The notes: generated by a model from the letters alone, not told the origin. 64,000 nt of DNA from Candidatus Multivoradales bacterium (GCA_965223325.1 CBDCWI010000001.1:1120001-1184000); one strand, 5' to 3'. Shown: positions 1 through 9,149, counted from the stretch's first letter. Made by a program: numbers and translations.

Positions 1-1427
1 ACGCCCATGTGCATCGAGCGCCAACCGTTGGCGGTTTCGAAATGCGCACTGCGGTAGAGGGCACGCACCTCGCCCCACGCACCCACACCTACCCGGCCAG
101 CGAGGAAAGCGTCGATGTCGCGTGCCAGACCGGCCGCGTCCTCAGATTGTGCGGCCAGTGGGCTGCCCACGGAGAGGTCGACGCGTGGCAGCTCGGTCGG
201 GGCTTCTGTCTCGTTCGATGAGGCCGCGCTCGGCTCTGGCATGCCGGGCAACACAGCGGCACGCGGAACGCTCGCCAGCGCCTCGATCATCGCCGCACTG
301 CCGGGCACCGGCTCGAAGCCGCACGCGGCTCGTAGCGTCGCGCTCGCAAGGCCGCCAGGCACCAGAGCCAGGGCCTCGAGAGCCTTCCAGGCGCCGGCTT
401 CTGAAACCGAAAGATAAGGGTCGAGTGCCGCATCCACCGACGCGCTCTCCTCCCGACGTCGAGCCGCCGAGATCGACACCGAAACCGCAAGCCGCGCTCG
501 TATCAGGTCGAAGAGCACCTCGACTTCGGCCTCGGCGAGCGGTCGCGCGAGGTTGTACCCGCGGGTGACTGAGGCCGCAACCGCCAGCGGGTCGCCCTGT
601 TCGAGCACGGCGTAGGCAATCGCAACAGCCAGGTCGACGACGGTGGCGGCCTCGCTCATGTCACCCCAGTCGAGCAGCGCGACGGGCCGCGGCGAGGCGA
701 GTCGCGGTGTAGTGCAGAGAACGTTCCAGTCGTTGGCGTCGTGGTGGACGAGACTGCGCGGCAGCTCAGGGAGCCGTGGCGCGATCTCGTCGAATCGTTC
801 GCTGATCTCGGCCACCAGCGCTCGACGTTCGAGGTCCTCGATCGCAGCGAGCCGTGTCGCGATGACGCCACCGGCGTTCTCGAGATGCCAGCGACCGTCA
901 TCACCCGACGCATCGAAGAGTGGGCGGTCACCGGGAGCGAGGGGGAAGACAGCGAGTGCATGGTCGACTTCGCCCACCATCCGGCCCAAGCCTTCGAGCA
1001 GCCCGGGATCACGCGGCCTGAGGCGGGCCAGCATCTCTCCCTCGAGGTAGGAAAGGAGGCGCGCTGGATAGGTCCCGCGAGGCGTAAGGGCGGTCGTCAC
1101 GGTGATGCCTGCGCCGGCGCCCCTCGCTGCGATGGGCGGCCGCGGCGTCGCGATGTGCACCGACGTCCGCTTTGCGACGTGCGCCATGACGCGGTGTTCG
1201 AACTCGAGCCGCTCCCTCGAAACGCCAGACGGCGAGACCTTGAGTACACCGTCAAAACCGTCGCAGCGCGCCCGAAAGTTGCGGTCGCGCTCGCCGTCGA
1301 GCGGCGTGACTTCGGCTTCGAGACTCCAACGAACGCGCAGGATATCCCTGGCCTCTGCGGCTGAAATCTCCGGTCGCAGGCCGGCTGGATCTTCTGAAGA
1401 GCTTTCTTGTTGAGGGTCCTGGCTCAT
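1..1427 (-). CDS. Aminoglycoside/homoserine-kinase-type phosphotransferase fused to an M23-like region; 3' end runs off the window edge
   Basis: Not in the ORF track because it has no stop in the window. Manual translation from ATG 1427 gives MSQDPQQ...LDGERDRNF...LLSYLEG...SLVHHDANDWNVL...LLDWGD, and at the edge VGRWGEVRALY...WRSMHMG. Confidence 0.85.
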   Translation of the reverse strand, partial: MSQDPQQESSSEDPAGLRPEISAAEARDILRVRWSLEAEVTPLDGERDRNFRARCDGFDGVLKVSPSGVSRERLEFEHRVMAHVAKRTSVHIATPRPPIAARGAGAGITVTTALTPRGTYPARLLSYLEGEMLARLRPRDPGLLEGLGRMVGEVDHALAVFPLAPGDRPLFDASGDDGRWHLENAGGVIATRLAAIEDLERRALVAEISERFDEIAPRLPELPRSLVHHDANDWNVLCTTPRLASPRPVALLDWGDMSEAATVVDLAVAIAYAVLEQGDPLAVAASVTRGYNLARPLAEAEVEVLFDLIRARLAVSVSISAARRREESASVDAALDPYLSVSEAGAWKALEALALVPGGLASATLRAACGFEPVPGSAAMIEALASVPRAAVLPGMPEPSAASSNETEAPTELPRVDLSVGSPLAAQSEDAAGLARDIDAFLAGRVGVGAWGEVRALYRSAHFETANGWRSMHMG

Positions 1428-1452
1428 GGCCAGACAGTGTAGTGTGACCGCT
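1428..1452. promoter_or_regulatory. Putative bidirectional promoter with overlapping -10 boxes
   Basis: TAGTGT (+, 1440-1445) lies 7 nt before ATG 1453; TACACT (-, 1441-1436) lies 8 nt before ATG 1427; both use the same TA dinucleotide. Confidence 0.55.
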
Positions 1453-2019
1453 ATGAATGCACACCCCAGGCGTGACATCGAAACGAGCGACGTCGCCCAC
1501 ACCCTGGCACCGGTCTTCGCACTCGACGAGCAGGCACGAAAGGTGCGCATGGGCACTCTGTGGGAAGACCAGCCGGCGGTTCTGTTCTTCATCCGCTACT
1601 TCGGCTGAATCTTCTGCGAACCCCAAGTCGCGCAGTTGTGCGACAGGCTCTCTGAGTTCCAGAAGACGGGAACTCGCCCGGTGTTGATCGGCAACGGCAC
1701 CCCCGACGACGCGCGTGCCTACCGCACCGCCCTCGACGCCGACGTCGAAGTCTTTGTCGACCCCGAGCTCGTGGGCTACTCGGCGCTCGAACTGCGGCGC
1801 TCGCTGCTGGCGAACATGCGTCCCTCGACGGCCGGCGCCGGCCTGCGCGCCTTCTTCAAGGGCTACCGCGGTCGCAGAATGAGCGGCGACCCTCTCCAGC
1901 TGGGCGGCGTTTTCGTCATCGATACCGACAGCCGGGTGGTCTGGTCGTACCGCAGCAAGCGCCCGCAGGACTTTCCGCCGATCGAGGAGGTCCTCGCCGC
2001 CGCTCGGTCGGCCTGTTGA
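1453..2019 (+). CDS. Peroxiredoxin-like (AhpC/TSA, PRXL2/SelL-related) selenoprotein with in-frame TGA read as Sec at 1606-1608
   Basis: ORFs 1426..1608 and 1636..2019 are in the same frame. Read-through gives LFFIRYFG-U-IFCEPQVAQL, matching the family RxFGCxFC motif; C-terminal GDPLQLGGVFVI is typical. Hairpin follows the TGA. Confidence 0.88.
1627..1644 (+). promoter_or_regulatory. Putative bacterial SECIS element
   Basis: GTCGCGC-AGTT-GTGCGAC: 7-bp stem with one G-U pair, apical loop with G at position 2 followed by U, loop 25 nt downstream of the UGA. Confidence 0.75.
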
Positions 2020-2032
2020 GAGTGGCAAAGCC

Positions 2033-3700
2033 TCAGGGAACGTTGTGGTCCCACTCGGAGGTGTTGTGGGTCTCGAAGTGCGCTTCGAAGATCGGGGTAC
2101 GCGGATCGCCCTCACCGACGATGACGGTCACCGTGTCGTGGAGGGTGATCCAGATGTCTTTGTCCTCGAGCTTCTCGTCGTCGAGCGCTTCGATCTCGAG
2201 CACGTACTCACCCGCCTCTGTGAAGCTCACCTCGGTTGCACGGCTGGTGGGCGCACTCCAGACCACGTCGCCGGGACCGGAGATCTTCTTCCAGGTCACC
2301 GGCCAGGACGAATTCGATGTGCCATCGAACTCCGTCGACGCCACCAGGTTCGCCGAAGCGCCCTCGGCAATCTGCTGCGCAGCACCCGCGTCGATGGCGT
2401 AGCCGGTGGTTGGCACAACCCACGAAACCGGCGTCCCTGGCATGTGCCGCCTGAAGAACGGGTAACGATCCTGGAAGAACTCGGGCCACGGGTGGGAATG
2501 CCCGAGTTCGCGCGCATGCACCAGGATGCGCTCGCCGCGTAAGCGGTTGAACAGCGAAAAAGTCGTCGCCGGCGGGCAAATGTCGTCTTCGTACGAAATG
2601 ACGTGATACGACGGGCCGTCGAAGCGTTTGGCGAAGTTGATCGCATCGTAGTAGCGCGCGGCAGAGACGACAGTTGGTACATCGAGTGATTCTTGGCGCG
2701 CCTTGTGGACGTACCAGGGGAAGCCACTCGAGTGCTCGTTGTGGGCCAGACCGGCGTTCTCGGCGAGAGCGGGGTTCGAGATCGCCATGGCCTCGACACG
2801 ATCATCGAGCCCCGCCACGATCGTTGACAAGCCGCCACCTTGACTCTCGCCGGTGACGCTCAGGTGACCGTTCCACGCATCGAGAGTCTCGATGTAGTCG
2901 ATGGCACGCACGGCGGCCAGGATCGCCCAGCGGTAGTAGTAGCCGTTGGGGTCGGTCACGTCGTTGGGCTCGTAGGGATTGCCGCCGTTGGGGTTGCCGT
3001 TGTGAATCGTGATGTCGACGACGATCGCCCCGGTGCGCCTGGCCATGTCGGCCTGTTCGCCCGCTTCGCCCGACGAGCCGTAGGCCGGGAGTTTGAGAAT
3101 GGCGGGAAAAGGCCCCGGCCCGGTCTTCGGCTGCGTCACGTGGCCGTAGACTCGGCGTTCGCTCTCGCCGCCACCCGCCGCGACGGTGAGCGCATTGAAC
3201 GACCAGTGGTCGACATCGGGGTCTCCGGTGTCAGCCTCTCCTAAAGCGACGCCCAGGTCTGCCGGGAGACTGGCGACCTGCGCTGCCCAGAAGGCATCGA
3301 AGTCGGCCGGCTCATCTTCGAACGGCTCGATCGCGCGCACCGAGAAGGTCGCCGCCGCGCGCACGGTCTGCCCATTGAGAGCGACTTCGGCTACCACCAC
3401 CCCGGGCTCGGCGGCCGTGAAGGAAACCATCGCCGGTGTGCCACCCGTCACCTCGGTCACACCGCTCGCCAGCTGGGTCTGGGAACGCACATCCCAGCGA
3501 ATCGTCCAGGTCGCCGACCCGGAGGATGCCGAATCGATGACGAAGTTCATTGCCTCCCCGACCTCGTAGTGCGGAATCGCTCTGTCGGCCGCAAAGTCGA
3601 CCTGTGCGACCGCCGGCAATGCGGAAGCGGCAAGGAGCAGGAGCGCGAGAACGCAGCGACGGACGAAGCAACGCACGAAGGCTGGGTAGAGGCAGATCAT
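2033..3700 (-). CDS. Exported CE7 acetylxylan esterase/cephalosporin-C deacetylase with C-terminal PKD-like domain and terminal tag
   Basis: Signal peptide (..ALPAVA-Q), EPADFDAFW, GESQGGG nucleophile motif, DDICPP and GH triad motifs, DAG...WKKISGPG PKD-like segment, ends IFEAHFETHNTSEWDHNVP. Confidence 0.88.
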   Translation of the reverse strand: MICLYPAFVRCFVRRCVLALLLLAASALPAVAQVDFAADRAIPHYEVGEAMNFVIDSASSGSATWTIRWDVRSQTQLASGVTEVTGGTPAMVSFTAAEPGVVVAEVALNGQTVRAAATFSVRAIEPFEDEPADFDAFWAAQVASLPADLGVALGEADTGDPDVDHWSFNALTVAAGGGESERRVYGHVTQPKTGPGPFPAILKLPAYGSSGEAGEQADMARRTGAIVVDITIHNGNPNGGNPYEPNDVTDPNGYYYRWAILAAVRAIDYIETLDAWNGHLSVTGESQGGGLSTIVAGLDDRVEAMAISNPALAENAGLAHNEHSSGFPWYVHKARQESLDVPTVVSAARYYDAINFAKRFDGPSYHVISYEDDICPPATTFSLFNRLRGERILVHARELGHSHPWPEFFQDRYPFFRRHMPGTPVSWVVPTTGYAIDAGAAQQIAEGASANLVASTEFDGTSNSSWPVTWKKISGPGDVVWSAPTSRATEVSFTEAGEYVLEIEALDDEKLEDKDIWITLHDTVTVIVGEGDPRTPIFEAHFETHNTSEWDHNVP

Positions 3701-4057
3701 GAGTAGGGCTCAGGGCTCCAGAAGAAGCGATCCCTCTGGATGAGGCGAGGGATGGATATTATAGATACATACCAATCTTTGATTGTATCAGCCGCTACCC
3801 GTCGAAGAGATCCTCTCCCTGGGGGATCAGACAACCGAAAGGTCTCCTCTTGAGCCTGCCGCCTGAGGGGAAGACGCCGCCTTTTCTCAGAAGCTGAGGC
3901 TAGCAGCGCCTTGAGGCCTCTCGGAAGCGCCCGGAGACGATGGCTGTACGATGCGCCTCCGACACGAACCATGAGAATCTGATCGCGCCCCTCGCGTCTC
4001 GGTCACGGCTGCCCTAGCGATACCAAGGAATGCGGGGAAAGAAGGAGAAACACCCCG

Positions 4058-4828
4058 ATGAAGAATCTCTTTGATGTCTCCGGCAAGGTCGCCCTGGTCA
4101 CCGGCGGTTCGCGTGGAATCGGCCTGATGATCGCTGAGGGCTACGTCAAGAACGGCGTGCGGACCTACATCTCGTCGCGCAAGGGCGACGTGTGCGACGC
4201 CGTTGCCAAGGATCTCGGACAACACGGCGAATGCATCTCGTTGCCGGCCGACTTGTCGACGGTCGAAGCCTGCGCCGAAGTCGCCGAAGAACTCGGAAGG
4301 CGCGAGCAACAACTCGACATCCTGGTCAATAACGCCGGCGCCACCTGGGGGGCGCCGATCGATGACTTCCCCGAGAAGGGCTGGGACAAGGTCGTCGACC
4401 TCAACCTCAAGTCGCCCTTCTTTCTCACTCAGCAGCTGCTGCCGCTTCTGCGCGCGCGCGGCGACGCCGAAGACCCGGCGCGGGTCATCAACATCGCCTC
4501 GATCGACGGGTTGCACAACAACTCGATCGAGACCTACTCCTATGCCGCAAGCAAGGCCGGCCTGATCCATCTGACGCGACACATGGCGCGCAACCTGGTC
4601 GGTGACCAGATCATCGTCAACTCGATCTGTCCGGGGCCGTTCGAGAGCAAGATGATGGAGTACACCCTCGACAACTTCGGCGAGCAGATCAAGGCCAGCA
4701 ACCCCAGGAAGCGCATTGGCACGCCTGAAGACATGGCCGGCGCGGCGATTTTTCTGGCGTCACGCGCCAGTGCCTACACCGTCGGCGAGTTCATCACCGT
4801 CGACGGTGGCATCGTCAACACTGGCTGA
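4058..4828 (+). CDS. SDR family NAD(P)-dependent oxidoreductase (RhlG-like)
   Basis: TGGSRGIG, NNAG, YAASK motifs; SD AAGGAG. Confidence 0.93.
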   Translation: MKNLFDVSGKVALVTGGSRGIGLMIAEGYVKNGVRTYISSRKGDVCDAVAKDLGQHGECISLPADLSTVEACAEVAEELGRREQQLDILVNNAGATWGAPIDDFPEKGWDKVVDLNLKSPFFLTQQLLPLLRARGDAEDPARVINIASIDGLHNNSIETYSYAASKAGLIHLTRHMARNLVGDQIIVNSICPGPFESKMMEYTLDNFGEQIKASNPRKRIGTPEDMAGAAIFLASRASAYTVGEFITVDGGIVNTG

Positions 4829-4877
4829 GGATCGCCCCGATCAACGGGCGACGCACCTCCTACTCGACCGACTCGAC

Positions 4878-7502
4878 CTACTCGACGACGACGACGACCG
4901 GCGACTCGCTCACATTGACCGTCACCTCACCGCCGACAACCGTGAGGGGGGTGGTGATTGGAGTGACACCGTAGCCTGTGGGTCCAGCGGTCTCCCCACT
5001 CGCCGGGGTCTCGAGGCGAGCCGAACCCGGTGGAACAGACAGCCGATAGCCGCTTGTGACGGTTCCGTCCTCGGTCGGGCTCCAGAGAACGAAGTAGGAC
5101 CGGCCGGCTGCATCTTCCATCTCCATGATGCGAACGTTCGGATTCCCGCTCGCTCTGTTCTGCACGAACGTCGCCTCACGCAAGATTTCGACCATGCTGC
5201 CCACCCGATAGAACGAGGTCTGACCTTCGTAGACGGTACCGAGGAGCCCTGAGGTCGAGAACAGGAACTCGGTTTGCGGACCGTCCTTGATCATGAAGAT
5301 GTAGGCACGGTCGGCACCGCCTGAGAACATCAATAGCAGGTCGCGGATGAGCCAGTCGGCCTGCATCTCTTCGGGGCTGGTGGTGGCGTTGCCAGGGGCT
5401 TCCTGCCAGCTGTCGGGCCGCGTGTCCCAGCCGAACTCACCGATCAGGAAGTTGGCGTCGGGGAAGCGGCTCTTCGTGTCCTGGATCAGCGAGGCGGTCC
5501 ACTGGTCGCGCGTCAGGGGCGTGCGATCCGGTCCCTGGCCCCGGCCAAGAAAATCGAGCCCGGCCCGGTAGTTGCTCTCAGTCGTCGCGGTCACCGAGTT
5601 CCAATACGAGTTGACCACGTAGTCATCGGCGGGCAGAGCCCCGCCGTTGATGCGATCGGCGTGGGCCTTGCTGCGGATCAACTGGTTGCGGTCCCAGCCG
5701 GGCGTGCCGGCCATCGACACGATCATGTTGGGGTCAGCATCCTTGGCGCCGTCATGGCAGGCCACCATCGCGGCGATCTCTTCTTCCGGTGACCAGTCGG
5801 TTTCCTTGCGGATCTCGGTGCCACCGGTCGGCAGCGGGTACACCCGGTCGGCGGCGCCCTGAATCCACCACTTCCAGACCTCGTTGTCGATCTCCAAACG
5901 TTGCACGAGTCCGAGCCCGGTCAGCGGCTGGTTCGAGGATCGCACCGAAACGTTGCCGGGATGCGCCGTTCCATAGCGCGCGGCGAGTTGGTAGCAGGCC
6001 TGGTAGTAGTCGGACCACGACGCCGCCTGGTTGGCATCGAGACCGGTGTTGATGAGCGGCATCAGATCATCGTCGGTCTCCATGAAGTTGAAGTTGCCAT
6101 TGAAGGTCACCATGATCTCGCGCCCATCCGTGGCGTACTGCGCGAGCACTGCATCCAGGTTGCCGGGAAAACCGTCTGCCGGGGCAAACGCAAGGTCCCA
6201 GGGACCAGCGGCGAATTCGCCGATCATGTCCTTGGCGAGGTAGATGCGAACGCTCTCGAAAGGCCGAACGGCAAGCGGCGGTGTATCGACCAGAATGTTG
6301 ACTCCGGTGAACTGACCGAACGTCACTTCGCTCGGGTCGCCCGGATCGCCAGGGTCACCGGGGTCACCGGGGTCGCCCGGTCCGCACTCGTGCTCCGTCA
6401 CGGTCCAGGGCGTCGTGTAGGCAACACCGGCGCCACGCGTCCACAGTACCGGCGTCGGTGAGCCCACGAATTCAATACGCCCGATCGACAGGTCGAAGGC
6501 TCCTGCGCCGGCCGACCACAAGCTGAGATTGGCGAACGAGTCGACAGCACCCGGCGCAAAAGCCGACACGGGAATCTCCACATCGAACCATCCGGAGGTC
6601 TCACCGGGCAAGAACGAGGCGATCGCTACGCCATTGCTGGTATCGCCCTGGATAACGATCTGAAGCCTGCTCCAGTTGGCGCTGGCGTTGTCTCGCAGAG
6701 TCAGCCGGAGCGTGGTGTTAGCGCCTGCCGAGATCGACGGGTTCCAAATGCCATTCGGGTTGTTGCCGATCTTGAGATGATTCCACCCACCATCGCTGGT
6801 CGAGACGGTCAGAAAGTCGCACGGATCGCCGGGATCACCTGGATCACCCGGATCGCCGGGATCACCTGGATCACCTGGATCGCCCGGATCGCCCGGATCG
6901 CCCGGATCGCCCGGATCGCCACCGCCAACCTCGACCACCGAAAAGGATGACTGAAAGGAGGAAGTGCCGGCAAACCACGAAAAGTCCGTCGCGCCACCGG
7001 TGAAGGTCGCCTGGGCAACACCGATGTCGAAAGCTCCCGCGTCACGACTGAACGGAATCGAAATGTTGCTGATGCCATCGAAGGCTCCCCCTGGAAACGC
7101 CGACAGGGGAATCGAAACGAAGAACCAGCCCGTCGTGTCGGAAGGCAAGTGGTCACCAATGGCCACCGAGTCGCCCGACGTCCCTCCCGGCGCCACCGCT
7201 AGCCGCGACCAGTCCGCATTGCCGCCGAAGTCGCGCACCTCGAGCACCAGAACCTGGTGCCCAACCGCCGGCGAAATCGGGGTGGCCCACAGGTTGTTGG
7301 GGTCGTAGCCAATCTTGGCGTGGTTCCACGACCCGTTGCTGGTGCTGATCCTCAGATGCGCCGGATCTTGAGCACTCACCGTACTGGCGCCGGCAAGCAC
7401 AAAGAAAAGCGCCAGAAGAACGGCAAGGGCGACCTGCTGAAAGCCACAGCGCGGGACCGAGAAAGACGAGACAGAACCAGGGGACGCGGACCGGATGGGC
7501 AT
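4878..7502 (-). CDS. Exported modular glycoside hydrolase (clan GH-A-like) with two CBM-like repeats and (GDP)n linkers
   Basis: Probable ATG 7502 with GGAG upstream; signal peptide ..STVSA-Q; EIDNEVWKWW (acid/base-like) and LIGEFGWD (nucleophile-like). Confidence 0.75.
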   Translation of the reverse strand: MPIRSASPGSVSSFSVPRCGFQQVALAVLLALFFVLAGASTVSAQDPAHLRISTSNGSWNHAKIGYDPNNLWATPISPAVGHQVLVLEVRDFGGNADWSRLAVAPGGTSGDSVAIGDHLPSDTTGWFFVSIPLSAFPGGAFDGISNISIPFSRDAGAFDIGVAQATFTGGATDFSWFAGTSSFQSSFSVVEVGGGDPGDPGDPGDPGDPGDPGDPGDPGDPGDPGDPCDFLTVSTSDGGWNHLKIGNNPNGIWNPSISAGANTTLRLTLRDNASANWSRLQIVIQGDTSNGVAIASFLPGETSGWFDVEIPVSAFAPGAVDSFANLSLWSAGAGAFDLSIGRIEFVGSPTPVLWTRGAGVAYTTPWTVTEHECGPGDPGDPGDPGDPGDPSEVTFGQFTGVNILVDTPPLAVRPFESVRIYLAKDMIGEFAAGPWDLAFAPADGFPGNLDAVLAQYATDGREIMVTFNGNFNFMETDDDLMPLINTGLDANQAASWSDYYQACYQLAARYGTAHPGNVSVRSSNQPLTGLGLVQRLEIDNEVWKWWIQGAADRVYPLPTGGTEIRKETDWSPEEEIAAMVACHDGAKDADPNMIVSMAGTPGWDRNQLIRSKAHADRINGGALPADDYVVNSYWNSVTATTESNYRAGLDFLGRGQGPDRTPLTRDQWTASLIQDTKSRFPDANFLIGEFGWDTRPDSWQEAPGNATTSPEEMQADWLIRDLLLMFSGGADRAYIFMIKDGPQTEFLFSTSGLLGTVYEGQTSFYRVGSMVEILREATFVQNRASGNPNVRIMEMEDAAGRSYFVLWSPTEDGTVTSGYRLSVPPGSARLETPASGETAGPTGYGVTPITTPLTVVGGEVTVNVSESPVVVVVE
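6333..6377 (-). repeat. 9-bp coding tandem repeat x5 encoding (GDP)5
   Basis: Five GDP codon triplets read directly. Confidence 0.92.
6822..6920 (-). repeat. 9-bp coding tandem repeat x11 encoding (GDP)11
   Basis: Units NGGATCRCC on the + strand, differing only at synonymous positions. Confidence 0.95.
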
Positions 7503-7673
7503 GGGGACTCCAGTTTCGTGGACGGCCTGAGGAGACCGTTCGATGAAGAAGAGGGCGCGCAAACGTGCGCCCAAGCAAACTAACGAGACAGCTCACTAGT
7601 CTACCCTGCCAACGCGCCTCCACAAGCACGCAACGAAAGACCCGCGCCGGGCCCGGGGTGGGGGCCCGGGTGT

Positions 7674-8837
7674 CTAGGGGGGCACGTGGGGTACTGCTTC
7701 TGGCACCTCCTTGATGTAGAGATCACGCTTGGCGTAGGGAATCTCGATTTCTGCGACCTCGAAACGCTTGTAGATGGCGACGAGGAGGGCGTCGATCACC
7801 TGGCCGCGCATGACCGGGGCCTCGACCCAGCCGAGCAACTCGAAATCGAGTGAAGACTCGCCGAAGGCCCGCATACGCACTCGGGCTTTGGGGGACTTGC
7901 AGATCCGTTCTTCGTCGGCAGCGATCTCGAGCAGAATCTCGCGTACGCGATCGATGTCCGTGCCGTAGGCCACACCGACAGGCGCTCGTACGCGGTACTT
8001 GGGGTGTGGCCCGCCGCTTTCGTTGACGATCTTGGCCCCTCCCATGACCGAATTGGGAATCGTCACTTCGACGTCGTCACGGGTGAGGAGCCGAGTGCTG
8101 CGGATCCCGATCTCGGTCACTTGTCCGCGCTCGCCGCTGTCGAGGTTGATGAAGTCACCGACGCGATAGGGGTTGTCGGCGAAGATGAAGAGGCCCGCGA
8201 ACAGGTTCGCAAGCGTGTCGCGGGCGGCGAAGCCGATGGCGATTCCCGCGATACCTCCAGCGGTGAGCAGGCCGGTGACATCCTTACCCCAGATCCGCAG
8301 CACGATGAACGCCGCGACCAGGACGATCATGATCTTGCTGAGGTTGTCGAACAGCGGCCCGGTGTCGGAGTGGAAGAGCGGGAAGCGCTCGTGGTTGCGC
8401 ACCATCGCATCGACGACATGCGACGCAATGCGCAAGACAGCCACCAACCAGATCAGCGCCACCACCGTGCTGAGCAGGGCGGCAAGAAATGTCGCCGTGC
8501 CTGCCGTGAGGCCGAAGCGTAGAAGCGCCAGGCGACATCCGATCGCGACCATGGTGGCGTAGATCGGCGGCCCGATGGCGCGCAGGATCGCGTCGTCGAG
8601 CTCAGTCGCTGTGCGCGCAAACAGTCGAGCGACGAACCGGCGCAGTACCATCGACACCAGAGTCGCAAGCACCAGGGAAACGCCGAGGATCACCGCCACC
8701 TGCACAATGGGAGGACTCTCGAGCAGGGAGCTCATGCCGGGCACTGTTTCTGCCAGCCACTCCTCCAGACTGACGGCCAGATCGACCGCTTCTTCTGCCG
8801 TCCTAGCTTCTCCGGCGCCACCCTCTTCGACTTGCAC
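7674..8837 (-). CDS. mscS: Small-conductance mechanosensitive channel, MscS family
   Basis: GIAIGFAARDTLANLFAG, PYRVGD, GIRST, IPNS, IPY motifs; SD AGGAGG before GTG. Confidence 0.9.
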   Translation of the reverse strand: MQVEEGGAGEARTAEEAVDLAVSLEEWLAETVPGMSSLLESPPIVQVAVILGVSLVLATLVSMVLRRFVARLFARTATELDDAILRAIGPPIYATMVAIGCRLALLRFGLTAGTATFLAALLSTVVALIWLVAVLRIASHVVDAMVRNHERFPLFHSDTGPLFDNLSKIMIVLVAAFIVLRIWGKDVTGLLTAGGIAGIAIGFAARDTLANLFAGLFIFADNPYRVGDFINLDSGERGQVTEIGIRSTRLLTRDDVEVTIPNSVMGGAKIVNESGGPHPKYRVRAPVGVAYGTDIDRVREILLEIAADEERICKSPKARVRMRAFGESSLDFELLGWVEAPVMRGQVIDALLVAIYKRFEVAEIEIPYAKRDLYIKEVPEAVPHVPP

Positions 8838-9149
8838 AGTCAGTCCTCCTGGGACGCGGAGCCCTCATACCCGGGCTCGAGCCCAACACATTTGCGAATC
8901 GTTGCGGTGGACGAGGCGGTCACTCCGACCATCTCTCTACCGGTCTCAGAGTCAGTTGCTGGCCAAGATAACCCGCCAGAGGCCGGCGTCGCGAACGAGA
9001 CTGATAGAAAAACAGGTTTTCATGGACTTCGAAGATTGGTATAAAGGGCTCTCAGGCCGCATGGCCACCCCTCCCCACCGTGCCGCACCCCTCCCCGGCC
9101 CCTCCCGACCCTCCCCCCAGTTCGCACCCGCCAACTTTCGAGGATTCCC

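Noticed and set aside
1426-2019. Pseudogene or two small separate ORFs
   Set aside because: The TGA sits exactly at the redox Cys position with a SECIS-like hairpin and both halves are otherwise intact, so Sec recoding is more parsimonious.
3790-3940. Riboswitch (c-di-GMP, glycine or TPP) in the esterase-SDR intergenic region
   Set aside because: Hairpins and a GAAA loop are present, but the conserved cores of these families are not found on either strand.
4858-4898. Short CTACTCGAC / GAC repeats at the convergent SDR-GH junction
   Set aside because: Explained by poly-Val codons and a tiny local duplication of the stop region; no evidence of function.
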